DNA of 64,000 nt from Dehalococcoidia bacterium (GCA_965243495.1 CBDEUZ010000007.1:295743-359742), one strand, 5' to 3'; numbered from the stretch's first letter, positions 31,927-41,893 are shown. Notes: generated from the sequence alone by a model not told the origin. A program made the numbers and translations.

Positions 31927-33657
31927 ATGAGTCAAATCCGCTACGAACCCGAAGAAGACTGCCCGCCGTTAACAGCGGTAACCGCAGCCTTACAGATACT
32001 CATCCCCAACACCATCAGCCTCGTTCTGCTGACGGCACTGGTGGTGCGTGCAGCTGGCGAATCCGATGCCTACCTCTCTTGGGTCACCTTTACCGCCCTT
32101 GTCGTCACCGGCGCCGGCATGATCCTGCAGACGCTGCGGTTGCGTCATCTGGGCGCTGGCCGACTTTTTGTCGCAAACTTCAATGTGCCCTTCCTGGCCG
32201 TGTGCGCTCTGGCGCTCTCCGTGGGCGGACCCGGATTGCTGGCCAGTCTGGTGGTGGCGTCAACCCTCATTCAGGCCGTCTTGACTTTTCGTCTCGCCTC
32301 TCTCCGCCTCATCTTCACACAGACAGTGAGCGGAATCGTCGTCATGCTGGTGGCGATATCGGCCATGCCATTCATCATCGGCAGAGTGGTCACACCACCG
32401 GAAGGCCAATCAACCCTGTTGTTCCTTGCGCCGGGCCTGGCCGCCCTGGCTGTCGGCGTCCTCATCGCCCTGCAAGACAGGCCCGTGTGGCGCATGTGGA
32501 TCCTCACAATCACCGTCGCCGTCGGAATGCTGGTCGCCGTGCCTCTGGGCTTCTATGACACGAACCCCATCGCCGAGGCCCCCTGGGTGAGCCTACCCGC
32601 CTACCCATGGCCTGCCCTGGATATCGCCTTCAACGCCGATTTCTGGACCCTCCTGCCGGTCTTCGTGCTCGTGAATCTCACCGGATTTATGAAGGTGGTG
32701 GGCGACCTGTCTGTCATCTATCGCGCCTCCTACCGCCGGCAATCCGCCGTGGACTTTCGCGCGGTTCAGGGAGGCCTGAATGTCTACGGCATCGGCACCT
32801 TTGTGTCCGGCCTCCTGGGGACCCTGCCTGTCGCCGCTCCATGGTCGTCCACTGCCGTGTATATCGGCTTCATCGGCGTTGCGGCCAGAAATGTTGGACT
32901 GTACCTGGGTGTGCTGACCATCATCGCCGCCTTCTTTTCCAAGTTCCTTGCCGTCATTGTCGCCATTCCCAGCCCCGTCGTCAGCGCGGTATACATCATC
33001 ATCTTTGCCATGCTCTTTGTGGAAGGGGCCAAAACCGTCTTCACCGGACAGATTGACCAGAAAAAGGCCGCCATCACTGGCGTCTCCATGGTGATGGGCT
33101 TGTCCGCGGTGGCATTGAGCCGCCTCTTCGAGGGCAACGTCGGCCATCTTGTTAGCAACCCTATTGTCGTCGGCGGCGCCGTCGCCATCGCCATGACACT
33201 GATCGCCCAGATGCCGCGTCTACGCGCCAGCACACTGCGGATCGACTTGTCTCCGGCCTCCCCGGCCGCTGTCGATGAATTCCTCGGCAGGTTCGCGGAC
33301 AAACAGTCGTGGACAGAGGAAGGGGCGAACCGGTTGCGTCTTGTCGGAGAAGAGGCCATCCTCAGCCTGCTCGAATCCGGCAAGGAAAGCGCCCTCCCAC
33401 AGAAGCGTTCGATGGTGGCCACAATCAGCCCCGACGGCGCTTCCGCCGAGCTTGAGATTATCGTCGCCTCTAACGACGCCATCCAGGGCAACATTGAGGA
33501 TCGCATGGCCTATCTCGGACAGGATCAGGCGCTGGAAGACGAGCAGGAACTTTCTGTCCGCATCCTGCGGCACTACGCCTCATCCGTGCAGCACCGCCAG
33601 TACTACGGCATCGACATCGTCAACTGCCGCGTCGCAGACACACCCCGTTCACCGTGA
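31927..33657 (+). CDS. multi-pass permease (NCS2/SulP-superfamily-like) with a ~150-aa C-terminal cytoplasmic domain
   Basis: 576 aa, >10 hydrophobic helices followed by a soluble C-terminal domain. Divergent from the tandem-Cache lipoprotein. Family assignment is tentative. Confidence 0.55.
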   Translation: MSQIRYEPEEDCPPLTAVTAALQILIPNTISLVLLTALVVRAAGESDAYLSWVTFTALVVTGAGMILQTLRLRHLGAGRLFVANFNVPFLAVCALALSVGGPGLLASLVVASTLIQAVLTFRLASLRLIFTQTVSGIVVMLVAISAMPFIIGRVVTPPEGQSTLLFLAPGLAALAVGVLIALQDRPVWRMWILTITVAVGMLVAVPLGFYDTNPIAEAPWVSLPAYPWPALDIAFNADFWTLLPVFVLVNLTGFMKVVGDLSVIYRASYRRQSAVDFRAVQGGLNVYGIGTFVSGLLGTLPVAAPWSSTAVYIGFIGVAARNVGLYLGVLTIIAAFFSKFLAVIVAIPSPVVSAVYIIIFAMLFVEGAKTVFTGQIDQKKAAITGVSMVMGLSAVALSRLFEGNVGHLVSNPIVVGGAVAIAMTLIAQMPRLRASTLRIDLSPASPAAVDEFLGRFADKQSWTEEGANRLRLVGEEAILSLLESGKESALPQKRSMVATISPDGASAELEIIVASNDAIQGNIEDRMAYLGQDQALEDEQELSVRILRHYASSVQHRQYYGIDIVNCRVADTPRSP

Positions 33658-33659
33658 GC

Positions 33660-34857
33660 CGCGCCAAAGCCGGACCGCGAACCGAGAGCCGTAACGCAGC
33701 TGCCCCGTTCGCCCTGAGCCTGTCGAAGGGGGCCCCCGAACGGGGACCTAGCCTCTCCGTCATTCCGAGCGTAGTCGAGGAATCTAAAGACTCATCTGGC
33801 AAACATGCTGGAACGCGGCTACCATACCCCTCCGCAACACTACCCGGATCGCGAACTTAAGCCGTAGAGCAGCTACCCCGTTCGCCCTGAGCCTGTCGAA
33901 GGGGGCTCCCGAACGGGGACCTGGCCCCTCCGTCATTCCCGCGAAAGCAGGAATCCGGAATCCCCTCTCACTCAGGGAGAGGGGTAGGGTGAGAGGGTTG
34001 TCATTCCGAGCGCAGCCGAGGAATCTAAAGACTCAACTCCGCCATCAAAGCTGGAACACGGCAAACTACCTCATTCGGTAATCGAACCCAGATCGCGAAC
34101 CGAGAGCCGTAACGCAGTTACCCCGTTCGCCCTGAGCCTGTCGAAGGGGGTTCCCGAACGGGGACCTAGCCTCTCCGTCATTCCGAGCGCAGCCGAGGAA
34201 TCTAAAGACTCATCTGGCAAACATGCTGGAACGCGGCTACCATACCTCTCCGCAACACTACCCGGAACGCGACCCGAGAACCGTAGCGCAGCTACCCCGT
34301 TCGCCCTGAGCCTGTCGAAGGGGGTTCCCGAACGGGAACCTGGCCCCTCCGTCATTCCCGCGAAAGCGGGAATCCAGTGCGGCGCACAGCGCCGCCCCCC
34401 ACGCCATATTGTCATTCCCAGCGCAGCCGAGGAATCTAAAAACTCATCTGCCAAACATGCTGGAACGCGGCGGACAAACGACACAGACCAACCAACCCCG
34501 ACCGCGAACTTAAGCCGTAGCGCAGCTACCCCGTTCGCCCTGAGCCTGTCGAAGGGGGCCCCCGAACGGGGTGCTAGCCCCTCGTCATTCCCGCGAAAGC
34601 GGGAATCCAGTGCGGCGCACCGCGCCGCCTCCCACCCCAGAATGTCATTCCGAGCGCCTATACTGTCATTCCCAGCACAGCCGAGGAATCTAAAAGCTCA
34701 ATCCGCCGCCAAACCCGGAACGCGGCGGACAAACGACACAGACCAACCAACCCCGACCGCGAACTTAAGCCGTAACGCAGTTACCCCCAAAACCCTAACA
34801 GGGCGGCCCCCTAAAGAAGCCGCCCCGCTTTTCAGAGCGTGATCGCGAACTTTAAAA
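33660..34857. repeat. 1.2-kb array of five composite palindromic repeat units
   Basis: Five tandem units each start with the hairpin module ccccgttcgccctgagcctgtcgaaggggNNcccgaacgggg. Its ends ccccgttcg/cgaacgggg are reverse complements. Units continue with gtcattcccgcgaaagcgggaatcc and/or gtcattccgagcgcagccgaggaatctaaag, with ccctctc...gagaggg and ggaacgcgg...cgcgaac segments. The same modules occur singly at ~15 other intergenic sites in the window. Confidence 0.85.
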
Positions 34858-35961
34858 TCAATCCTCGATGTAGCTCTCCAGACGCTCGCGATTCCGCTGC
34901 AGCCGCAGGTTCTTCATCGCGCCAGCCTGAATCTGCCGCACACGCTCCCGCGTCAGGCTCAGCATGTCGCCGATCTCACGCAGCGTGTACTCCTTGCCGT
35001 CCATGATTCCAAACCGCAGCTCCAGCACCAGCCGTTCACGCGGTGACAGCGACGCCAGAACCGCCGCAATCCGCTCCCGCAGCATCGTCTGCGCCGCCAT
35101 GTCGATGGGCGATTCCGTCTCGTCCTGCGCGACAAAGTCCGCCAGCGTCGCCCCGTCCTCACCGATGGGCGCGTCGATGGACGCCGGTTGCTGCGCCAAG
35201 GAGATCAGTTGCTCCACCTTCTCCAGCGGAATCTCCGTCTCCGCCGCCAGTTCCTCCGGCGTCGCCTCGCGACCGAACTGTTGAAGCAGGCGATGCCGCG
35301 CGCGGTCCACCTTCGCGGACAGCTCGCCCACATGAACCGGCAGGCGGATGCTGCTCCCCTGCTCGGACACACCCCGGGCGATGGCCTGGCGAATCCACCA
35401 CGTCGCGTACGTCGAGAACCGGAACCCGCGTCGATGATCGAACCGGTCCACCGCCTTCAGCAGGCCGATGTTGCCTTCCTGGATCAGGTCGAAAAGGGAC
35501 AGCCCCCTGCCCTGATACCGCTTGGCGATGCTGACCACAAGACGAAGATTGGCTTCGGCCATGGACTTGCGGGCTTCCTCGCCCTTCTTGACCGTCTTCA
35601 GCAGTTCACGACGCTCGGAGGCGCTCATGCTGTCCGCGCCGGCAAGGCGCTTGGACGCGCGGCGTCCCTCATCCATGAGCATGCCGAGCTCCGTCTCCTG
35701 CTGCGGCGTCAGCAGCTTGCGTCGGCCGATGTCCTGCAGATAGCCGCGAAGCGGATCATTCAGGTTCTCCGCCGAGCCACTGTCGAACTCGCCGACCTCT
35801 GGCGCGTCCACGGAAGTGGTCGTCTCATCCTGCGCATCGTCGAGGTCGAGGACATCCACGGAGGTCTGATTCACCCCCATAGGGACATCTGTCGAACCCG
35901 GCGCGCGCCGGGCCTCGTCCTCCGCGATCACGGCTCTGGTCTCGTCCGCTATCGCCTTCAT
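34858..35961 (-). CDS. rpoD: RNA polymerase sigma factor RpoD (primary sigma-70)
   Basis: 367 aa, regions 2-4 (LRLVVSIAKRYQGRGLSLFDLIQEGNIGLLKAVDRFD ... TLREIGDMLSLTRERVRQI). Confidence 0.95.
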   Translation of the reverse strand: MKAIADETRAVIAEDEARRAPGSTDVPMGVNQTSVDVLDLDDAQDETTTSVDAPEVGEFDSGSAENLNDPLRGYLQDIGRRKLLTPQQETELGMLMDEGRRASKRLAGADSMSASERRELLKTVKKGEEARKSMAEANLRLVVSIAKRYQGRGLSLFDLIQEGNIGLLKAVDRFDHRRGFRFSTYATWWIRQAIARGVSEQGSSIRLPVHVGELSAKVDRARHRLLQQFGREATPEELAAETEIPLEKVEQLISLAQQPASIDAPIGEDGATLADFVAQDETESPIDMAAQTMLRERIAAVLASLSPRERLVLELRFGIMDGKEYTLREIGDMLSLTRERVRQIQAGAMKNLRLQRNRERLESYIED

Positions 35962-36050
35962 CTGCGCACCTCCTTGTGTTGGTTCTGACCGATCACGCGC
36001 CCGTCAAAACCAGACACCCCCTCCCGGTTTCCCCAAAGGGATTGGCTAAC

Positions 36051-36078
36051 AGCATAGACCTGCTGACACGCTTGTCAA
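36051..36078 (-). promoter_or_regulatory. candidate sigma70 promoter for rpoD (TTGACA-16nt-TATGCT on the minus strand)
   Basis: Reverse complement of 36051..36078 is TTGACAagcgtgtcagcaggtcTATGCT. It lies ~80 nt upstream of the rpoD start. Confidence 0.35.
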
Positions 36079-36274
36079 TCTCTCGGTATCCGATGGTGCT
36101 TATATCTCTCATTACAATTCGCTCTTTACGTCCTCAATTAACAGAACGTTCCAGGAAAGCACGGGGAAAGCAGGTACGTGCCGAGAACACGCTCACTGGT
36201 ACAATGTGGAACAGTCGACGGCACAGTTGCGGCATGCCGCCGTGACCAATCACCTCCCCCCGGAGCAGTTCACC

Positions 36275-37414
36275 ATGCAGGAACTCCCTCGCGCGCTGGA
36301 AATACTGGAGACGCTCTGCAAGCAGCCTGCCACGTCGTACTTCGAGGACAACGTCTCTCGCGAAGTCGAGCGGATGCTCACGGACGCCTCAATCCCCTGG
36401 GAGCAGGACGAGTTCGGCAACATCATCGCCCGGCTGACCCGACAGCACGAATCAGACCCGATGCCATCGCGCCCCATCGCCCTTGTCGCCCACATGGACC
36501 ACCCGGGATTCGAGGTGATCGAGGTCGACGGCCAACGGCTGACCCTGCAGATGCACGGCCGTGTCTCGGACGTCATCTACGAACAGCAGGTGGATCTTGT
36601 CGTCTACTGCGCCGACGGCTCATCATGCAGCGCCCGGACGACCGGCCGGGACGGCGACACTGAAGCGCGAGTCCTCTACGCCGACCTGGCACAGCAGAAC
36701 GATCTCGATTTGCCCGCTTTCGCTGTCTTTGATCTTGTAGATTGTGAATTCCGTAACAATACCGTTTTTGCACGTGCCCTCGATGATCTCGCCGGTTGTG
36801 CTGCCACTTTAAGCGTTATGGAAACTCTCGTCGTGGGAAATGAGTCGGCTGACGTAATCGGCGTATTCACTCGTGCAGAGGAGATTGGGCTCATTGGAGC
36901 TCGTCTGATGGCCGCCGCTGGCTCTCTTCCGAAGGAAACGCTCGTCATCTCCATAGAATCCTCCAGAACACTCCCCGGCGCAGAGCAAGGAAAAGGCCCT
37001 GTCATCCGCGTCGGCGACGCACTTTCAACTTTTTCACAATCCGCAGAAGAAATCCTCCAAACCGCGAGAGCGACGCTTCAACGCAGAGATCCACCCGTTC
37101 CGGTTCAGCGGCAGCTCATGTCCGGCGGTGTCTGCGAAGCATCAGTTTTTGTCGCGCACGGCTATGAATCCACCGGCGTCGCATTCCCGCTGGCCCACTA
37201 TCACAACGGATTCGGCGAAGATTCCATTCAAGCCGAGAACATCACCATCAACGATTTCCTGGGAGGTGTAGAACTCCTGCTGGAAGCTTCCCGTTCCATG
37301 CGTACTTCGCAACAACAGCCCTCCGGCGGCGCTCAATCCCTATACGAGAGGCTCCGCACGGCGCCGGAAGAAGAGGGGAACCGACTCCGTTCAGTCGTGG
37401 GGAGAACCGGATGA
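36275..37414 (+). CDS. M42-family metallo-aminopeptidase
   Basis: HMDHPGFEV motif. The start is chosen at ATG 36275 (GGAG Shine-Dalgarno 9 nt upstream) rather than the ORF-track 36206. Confidence 0.75.
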   Translation: MQELPRALEILETLCKQPATSYFEDNVSREVERMLTDASIPWEQDEFGNIIARLTRQHESDPMPSRPIALVAHMDHPGFEVIEVDGQRLTLQMHGRVSDVIYEQQVDLVVYCADGSSCSARTTGRDGDTEARVLYADLAQQNDLDLPAFAVFDLVDCEFRNNTVFARALDDLAGCAATLSVMETLVVGNESADVIGVFTRAEEIGLIGARLMAAAGSLPKETLVISIESSRTLPGAEQGKGPVIRVGDALSTFSQSAEEILQTARATLQRRDPPVPVQRQLMSGGVCEASVFVAHGYESTGVAFPLAHYHNGFGEDSIQAENITINDFLGGVELLLEASRSMRTSQQQPSGGAQSLYERLRTAPEEEGNRLRSVVGRTG

Positions 37415-37498
37415 TAGGCCACCGAAGGTATGTCGTTGTCGCCATTTACAACTAGCACATTGCGATTTCATAAACTACGCTAGTGGCGGGAACCAAAC

Positions 37499-38539
37499 AT
37501 GCTAAGGCAAGTCTGGCTTTACGGGCGAATCCTCATTGGCATAGCCCTTGGAGTAGGGGTTGCCTACATTATTGTCCGTGAGGTTCGTTTAGACGAGTTG
37601 CTGGAGCAACTCTCCGCGTTCAATTGGTTCCTGATGCTTCCCGTTATGGGCGTCGTCGTTGCCAGCAACACCATCCGGGCAATCAGATGGAGAATGCTCT
37701 TCCATGGCCGGGCGCCGACCGCCACGCTGCTCTTCTTCGTAGAGAACACGGGCCAGGGCCTCAACAACCTCACTCCCATCCGCGTCGTCGCAGAACCCAT
37801 TCAATTCGGGTATATCGCGCTGAGGGAAGGGTATGAAAGGGGGGCCGTCCTCGCGTCCATCGTCTTGAATCGTGTGTCGGACCTCGCAATCACGCTCGGA
37901 AGCCTTGCAGTCGGTTTCGCGATATTTGCCCCGGAGGGTGCACAGTTCCTGAGCATCGTCATCCTGTTTCTGGTCGGCGTTCTTGTCATCGTGGCGGTGC
38001 TCTCTCTGTACACGCACAAGATCACATGGTTCGATCGATTCCCCGTCGTGCGAACGTATTCAGCGGCGTGGCAGGAACTCATCGCTCAGCCGGGGAAACT
38101 GGCCTCAGTCATGGGTGTAACACTCGCAACGTGGATGACACTCGGATTGGCGGCATACCTGGTGGCGCTGTCAAACGGGCTCGAGCCAAACAATTCGCAG
38201 AACCCTGCTGAAGTCTACGTCATCATCTATGTAGTAGTGCTGGGCACCATGACATTGGGGTCAATCTTGCCGGGCCTGCCCTCAGGCATTGGCCCGTTTG
38301 AAGCAGCCGCGGTCGCTTTCCTGGGATTCTACGGTGTAGACAAAGAGGTCGCGCTGGCGTTTGGCCTCATCATCCATGCGGCCTTCTTCATCCCGCCGAT
38401 CATCATCGCCATTGGCACCCTGATCATGTTTGGTCCTCCATGGTCGACGCGGCATCGGGTGCGGCGGCTCCGCCGCGAGCGGCGCGAAGCTCGAGGAGCT
38501 TCCGCAGCCAGAAGGGCAGCGCGAGAAGGAGACCTATAA
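37499..38539 (+). CDS. flippase-like / lysylphosphatidylglycerol-synthase TM-domain (UPF0104) membrane protein
   Basis: 346 aa, 8 hydrophobic helices. The Arg-rich C-terminus overlaps plsY convergently. Confidence 0.7.
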   Translation: MLRQVWLYGRILIGIALGVGVAYIIVREVRLDELLEQLSAFNWFLMLPVMGVVVASNTIRAIRWRMLFHGRAPTATLLFFVENTGQGLNNLTPIRVVAEPIQFGYIALREGYERGAVLASIVLNRVSDLAITLGSLAVGFAIFAPEGAQFLSIVILFLVGVLVIVAVLSLYTHKITWFDRFPVVRTYSAAWQELIAQPGKLASVMGVTLATWMTLGLAAYLVALSNGLEPNNSQNPAEVYVIIYVVVLGTMTLGSILPGLPSGIGPFEAAAVAFLGFYGVDKEVALAFGLIIHAAFFIPPIIIAIGTLIMFGPPWSTRHRVRRLRRERREARGASAARRAAREGDL

Positions 38540-39092
38540 GCGCCCCTCCATACAGGTACCCGGCATTGTCTGCGGCTATTAGGTCGGGCATCTGAACGTC
38601 CGTAAAAACTGAAACCGCGGTTATGGCGAATGCGATGGCGATTGTAACGCCGCCCGTCCACCCCATGTTTTTCGTCACAAGCAGCATGGGAAGGCCAACG
38701 AATCCGGCTACAACAGTCGGCCCAAGCATCATTCCGGCAACGCCGCCAAAAGCAGACGCCAGGCCCGCGCCCCCTCTGAACTTCAGGAAGACGGAATACT
38801 GGTGGCCCCAAAGAGCGCCGGCTGCTGCAATCACCGCTCCTGTTGGACCAAGATCAAGAACGCGATCGGCAATCAGGACTGGCAAGAGTCCTTTGAGTAT
38901 GTCAACGACAGCAACGAAGACGCCTGCACGGGGATCAATCTCCCGAAACACGTTGGCCGCCCCGGCATTCCCGGTTCCGAGCTCGCGCACATCAACACCG
39001 GCGACGAGCCGTGACATGATAACGGCCGTTGGAAGGGAACCAATCAAATAAGCTGCGCCAAGGACACCTGCCAGTCCAATCAACTCAACCAT
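38424..39092 (-). CDS. plsY: glycerol-3-phosphate acyltransferase PlsY
   Basis: 222 aa, LGAAYLIGSLPTAVIMSRL ... GTGNAGAANVFR motifs. Confidence 0.9.
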   Translation of the reverse strand: MVELIGLAGVLGAAYLIGSLPTAVIMSRLVAGVDVRELGTGNAGAANVFREIDPRAGVFVAVVDILKGLLPVLIADRVLDLGPTGAVIAAAGALWGHQYSVFLKFRGGAGLASAFGGVAGMMLGPTVVAGFVGLPMLLVTKNMGWTGGVTIAIAFAITAVSVFTDVQMPDLIAADNAGYLYGGALIGLLLALPFWLRKLLELRAARGGAAAPDAASTMEDQT

Positions 39093-39176
39093 CGTTGTCT
39101 ATTCCTCCAAGAATGTCAGTTGAACGTGTTTTGTTCGTTTGAAACAGGCTGTCCTTAAGAGTAGCGCACGAGTCTG

Positions 39177-40580
39177 GTGGACGAATGGAGTAGAATCGCT
39201 ACTGGAAGTGGCGAAGGCTCGAACACCAATCCAGCGCGGCAGCTCCGCCCTGCCGCCGAACCAGAAGCGAGCAAGATCAGGCTACGATCATTCGGGAATC
39301 GGGGCGAAGAATTGGGTAATAGCCTCTTGGGATCGGTTGGTCTGCGGCTGGCCATTGCCATTGTCACGCTGGCGGCCGGTGTTTACCTCATTCAGGGCAT
39401 ATCCAACCTATTTAGTGTCCTCTTTGATGTCCTGATTCTCATATTCCTCGCATGGATACTGTCTGCCGCGGTGCGTCGTCTGGCGGACTTTGTTGAGATC
39501 TACGTTCCACGGCCAACGTGGGTGGCGGTCCCACTTGCGTACCTCATCATATTGCTCCCTGTTGTCGCACTAATCGGGCTTCTGGTTCCGCTTACCATAT
39601 CCCAGACTGTCACCCTCTCCGAAGACCTGCCTGATTTTGCCGTCAGGCTCTCGGGTTTCATGTCGTCAATCAATGAGTTCTTTGATTCGCTCCGGGCAGC
39701 AGGAGGCGGCGAAGAAACCGCCACCACTGACCCACTTCTTGCCCTTAGCTCCACTGCAAGTGAATGGGTGCAAGACAACGCGCTGGGAATCGTAGGAAGT
39801 ACAACCAACATCGCTATTCAGACCATCTTCTGCATCTCATTGTCGTTCTATATGACTATTGAGCGGGAGCAATTCCGAGGGCTGTTCTACAGGCTCTTGC
39901 CAGTGGAATACCACGAACGCGCCTCCGTGGTTCTTGCCCATCTCGACAGAACGTTCTTCTCGTACCTGAAGGGAATCTCTATCGTTGTTGTGCTTTATTC
40001 CGCAGTTATCACGACCACCATGTTGGCTGCGGGGCTGCCCTTTGCGCTGCCGATCGGGATCACAGCGGGCCTGGTTCAGCTAGTCCCAATCATCGGCGAA
40101 GTCGCCGCCATCGGCATTCCAATCACGATTGCATTGCTGACAGGGTCGGTTACGACGGCAATCATGGTGGCAGTTGCCCTGATTTCGTGGAGCCTCTTCA
40201 TGAACAATTTTGTTCTTCCACGTGTATATGGCAGGGCTGTGCGTATGCCCGGCTTCTTTGTGCTGCTGGCAGTAGTAATTGGTATGCGGTTCGCGGGCCC
40301 GTGGGGAGCCATGCTTGGCGTTCCCGTGGCCGGCTTCATCTACTCTCTGATCTTCGCGTGGGGAGAGTTGAGGCAGAGCCACGACACCGAAGCAGGTGAG
40401 TCATCAGCGGAAGACGAGGCGATAATCGACGAACAAACCGCTCCTGAAGAAGAGGCAGTCGAGCCATCAGACGCGACCGCCGAGACCGGAAACGACCACG
40501 CCCTTGGTAACGGTAACGGGACGAGGCTCCCAACGCCGGAGAGGATCCTGGCCACTATCCGGAGCATGATTTCCCGCTAG
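39177..40580 (+). CDS. AI-2E family transporter with an acidic C-terminal tail
   Basis: 467 aa, conserved C-terminal TM core (LVPIIGEVAAIGIPITIALL...). The N-terminal start is uncertain. Confidence 0.8.
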   Translation: MDEWSRIATGSGEGSNTNPARQLRPAAEPEASKIRLRSFGNRGEELGNSLLGSVGLRLAIAIVTLAAGVYLIQGISNLFSVLFDVLILIFLAWILSAAVRRLADFVEIYVPRPTWVAVPLAYLIILLPVVALIGLLVPLTISQTVTLSEDLPDFAVRLSGFMSSINEFFDSLRAAGGGEETATTDPLLALSSTASEWVQDNALGIVGSTTNIAIQTIFCISLSFYMTIEREQFRGLFYRLLPVEYHERASVVLAHLDRTFFSYLKGISIVVVLYSAVITTTMLAAGLPFALPIGITAGLVQLVPIIGEVAAIGIPITIALLTGSVTTAIMVAVALISWSLFMNNFVLPRVYGRAVRMPGFFVLLAVVIGMRFAGPWGAMLGVPVAGFIYSLIFAWGELRQSHDTEAGESSAEDEAIIDEQTAPEEEAVEPSDATAETGNDHALGNGNGTRLPTPERILATIRSMISR

Positions 40581-40620
40581 TACCTAAAATTGTCCCTTTT
40601 TTGCATGGGGATAAAGCCTG

Positions 40621-41364
40621 CTAAGAGTCAAACCCCAGCCGCATCTCTCTCATACTGGCAAAACGGGTTCCCTCACTGTGAGCAACAACGATGTGGTCGA
40701 GCACCTTGATGTCTAACGCCTTGCCCGCCTCAATAAGTTGGCGCGTGGTGCGTTCGTCATCTGAGCTTGGCGTGGGATCGCCTGAAGGATGGTTATGAAC
40801 AACAATGATGCTGAGTTGGTTTCGCCGCACGGCTTCCCGGAACACTTCTGCGGTTCTCACGTGAGACGAGTTGACGGTTCCACGATACAGGCTCTCCGTA
40901 TGGACGACGTGGTTCTTTGTGTCCAGCACGAGAACCCGCAGCTCTTCATGATCCAGGAAGACCATATCTGAGCCAACCACGTTATAGACATCCTCCGGCC
41001 CCGAGATAATTGGACGCTGCTCCGGAGACTCAACCTGTAGCCGTCTTCCGAGTTCCAGCGCGGCCTTGATCTGAGCGGTTTTGGCGACTGCCATGCCGGG
41101 TTGGCGAGCAAGCTCGTCAAATGTCGCCTGTTGTAGTCCCTTAAGCCCTCCAAGGTCGCGCAGCAGTCGCGTTGACATGGTAACGACGCTCTCATTGCGC
41201 CTGCCGACACGGAGGAGGATTGCCAGAAGCTCAGAATTGCTCAGAGCCTGGGCACCTCTGTCTCTCAGACGCTCTCGCGGCCTTTCACCCCGTGGCACAT
41301 CCCGTATGAGAAGGCCCGCGGAGTATTCGGAACGCCCCGCGTACTCCTGCTCTTCCCCAACCAT
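40621..41364 (-). CDS. radC: RadC-family JAB/MPN domain protein
   Basis: 247 aa, HNHPSGDPTPSSDDERTTRQLIEAG (JAMM motif). Confidence 0.85.
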   Translation of the reverse strand: MVGEEQEYAGRSEYSAGLLIRDVPRGERPRERLRDRGAQALSNSELLAILLRVGRRNESVVTMSTRLLRDLGGLKGLQQATFDELARQPGMAVAKTAQIKAALELGRRLQVESPEQRPIISGPEDVYNVVGSDMVFLDHEELRVLVLDTKNHVVHTESLYRGTVNSSHVRTAEVFREAVRRNQLSIIVVHNHPSGDPTPSSDDERTTRQLIEAGKALDIKVLDHIVVAHSEGTRFASMREMRLGFDS

Positions 41365-41415
41365 GATCCGACCCCCGACACGCCAGCCTCAGCCGGCCAA
41401 AAAACAAGCGATCGG

Positions 41416-41459
41416 CGGCCTGTCGTCTTAACAGGCCGCCGGATCTGTTCGACTTTGAG
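41416..41459 (-). terminator. rho-independent terminator downstream of rplL
   Basis: On the minus strand, an 8-bp GC stem (GGCGGCCT/AGGCCGCC, 11-nt loop) is followed by TTGTTTTTTGG. Confidence 0.6.
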
Positions 41460-41496
41460 TTTGGCCCGGTCACGTGAACCGGGCTCAGACAGTAGC

Positions 41497-41889
41497 TTAG
41501 GTGATGTCGACGCCTGCGCCGACGCCCTCAAGCTTGGACTTAATCGTGTCGGACTCGTCTTTCGCGACGTTTTCCTTGATGGCCGCAGGTGCGGACTCCA
41601 CCAATTCCTTCGCTTCCTTGAGGCCAAGCCCGGGCACCAGTTCGCGGACAGCCTTGATGACCTCAATCTTATTGGGTCCAATGTCCTTAAGCGTCACGGT
41701 AAACTCGAACTTCTCTTCCTCGGCAGGAGCCGCGGCGGCATCTCCACCACCTGCTGCCGGAGCAGCCGCAACGGCGACAGGCGCAGCGGCCGTCACACCA
41801 AGCCGCTCCTCAAGTTCCTTGACCAGATCGGCAAGATCAAGGACAGACATGCCCTCAATTGCCGCAACAATCTCATCCTTTGTCGCCAT
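41497..41889 (-). CDS. rplL: 50S ribosomal protein L7/L12
   Basis: 130 aa, [28 protein letters not shown]. Confidence 0.95.
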   Translation of the reverse strand: MATKDEIVAAIEGMSVLDLADLVKELEERLGVTAAAPVAVAAAPAAGGGDAAAAPAEEEKFEFTVTLKDIGPNKIEVIKAVRELVPGLGLKEAKELVESAPAAIKENVAKDESDTIKSKLEGVGAGVDIT

Positions 41890-41893
41890 CTTT

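Noticed and set aside
34071-34484. 137-aa ORF on the minus strand
   Set aside because: It lies entirely within the repeat array. Its 'protein' is a concatenation of repeat-encoded peptides (SFRAQPRNL, VIPAKAGIQ) with no start or Shine-Dalgarno context.
33660-34857. Possible CRISPR array, given the regularly spaced repeats
   Set aside because: The repeat units are long and heterogeneous in length. The segments between them are themselves repeated, whereas CRISPR spacers are unique. The repeats are strongly palindromic REP/MITE-like modules found singly all over the window. No cas genes or leader are present.
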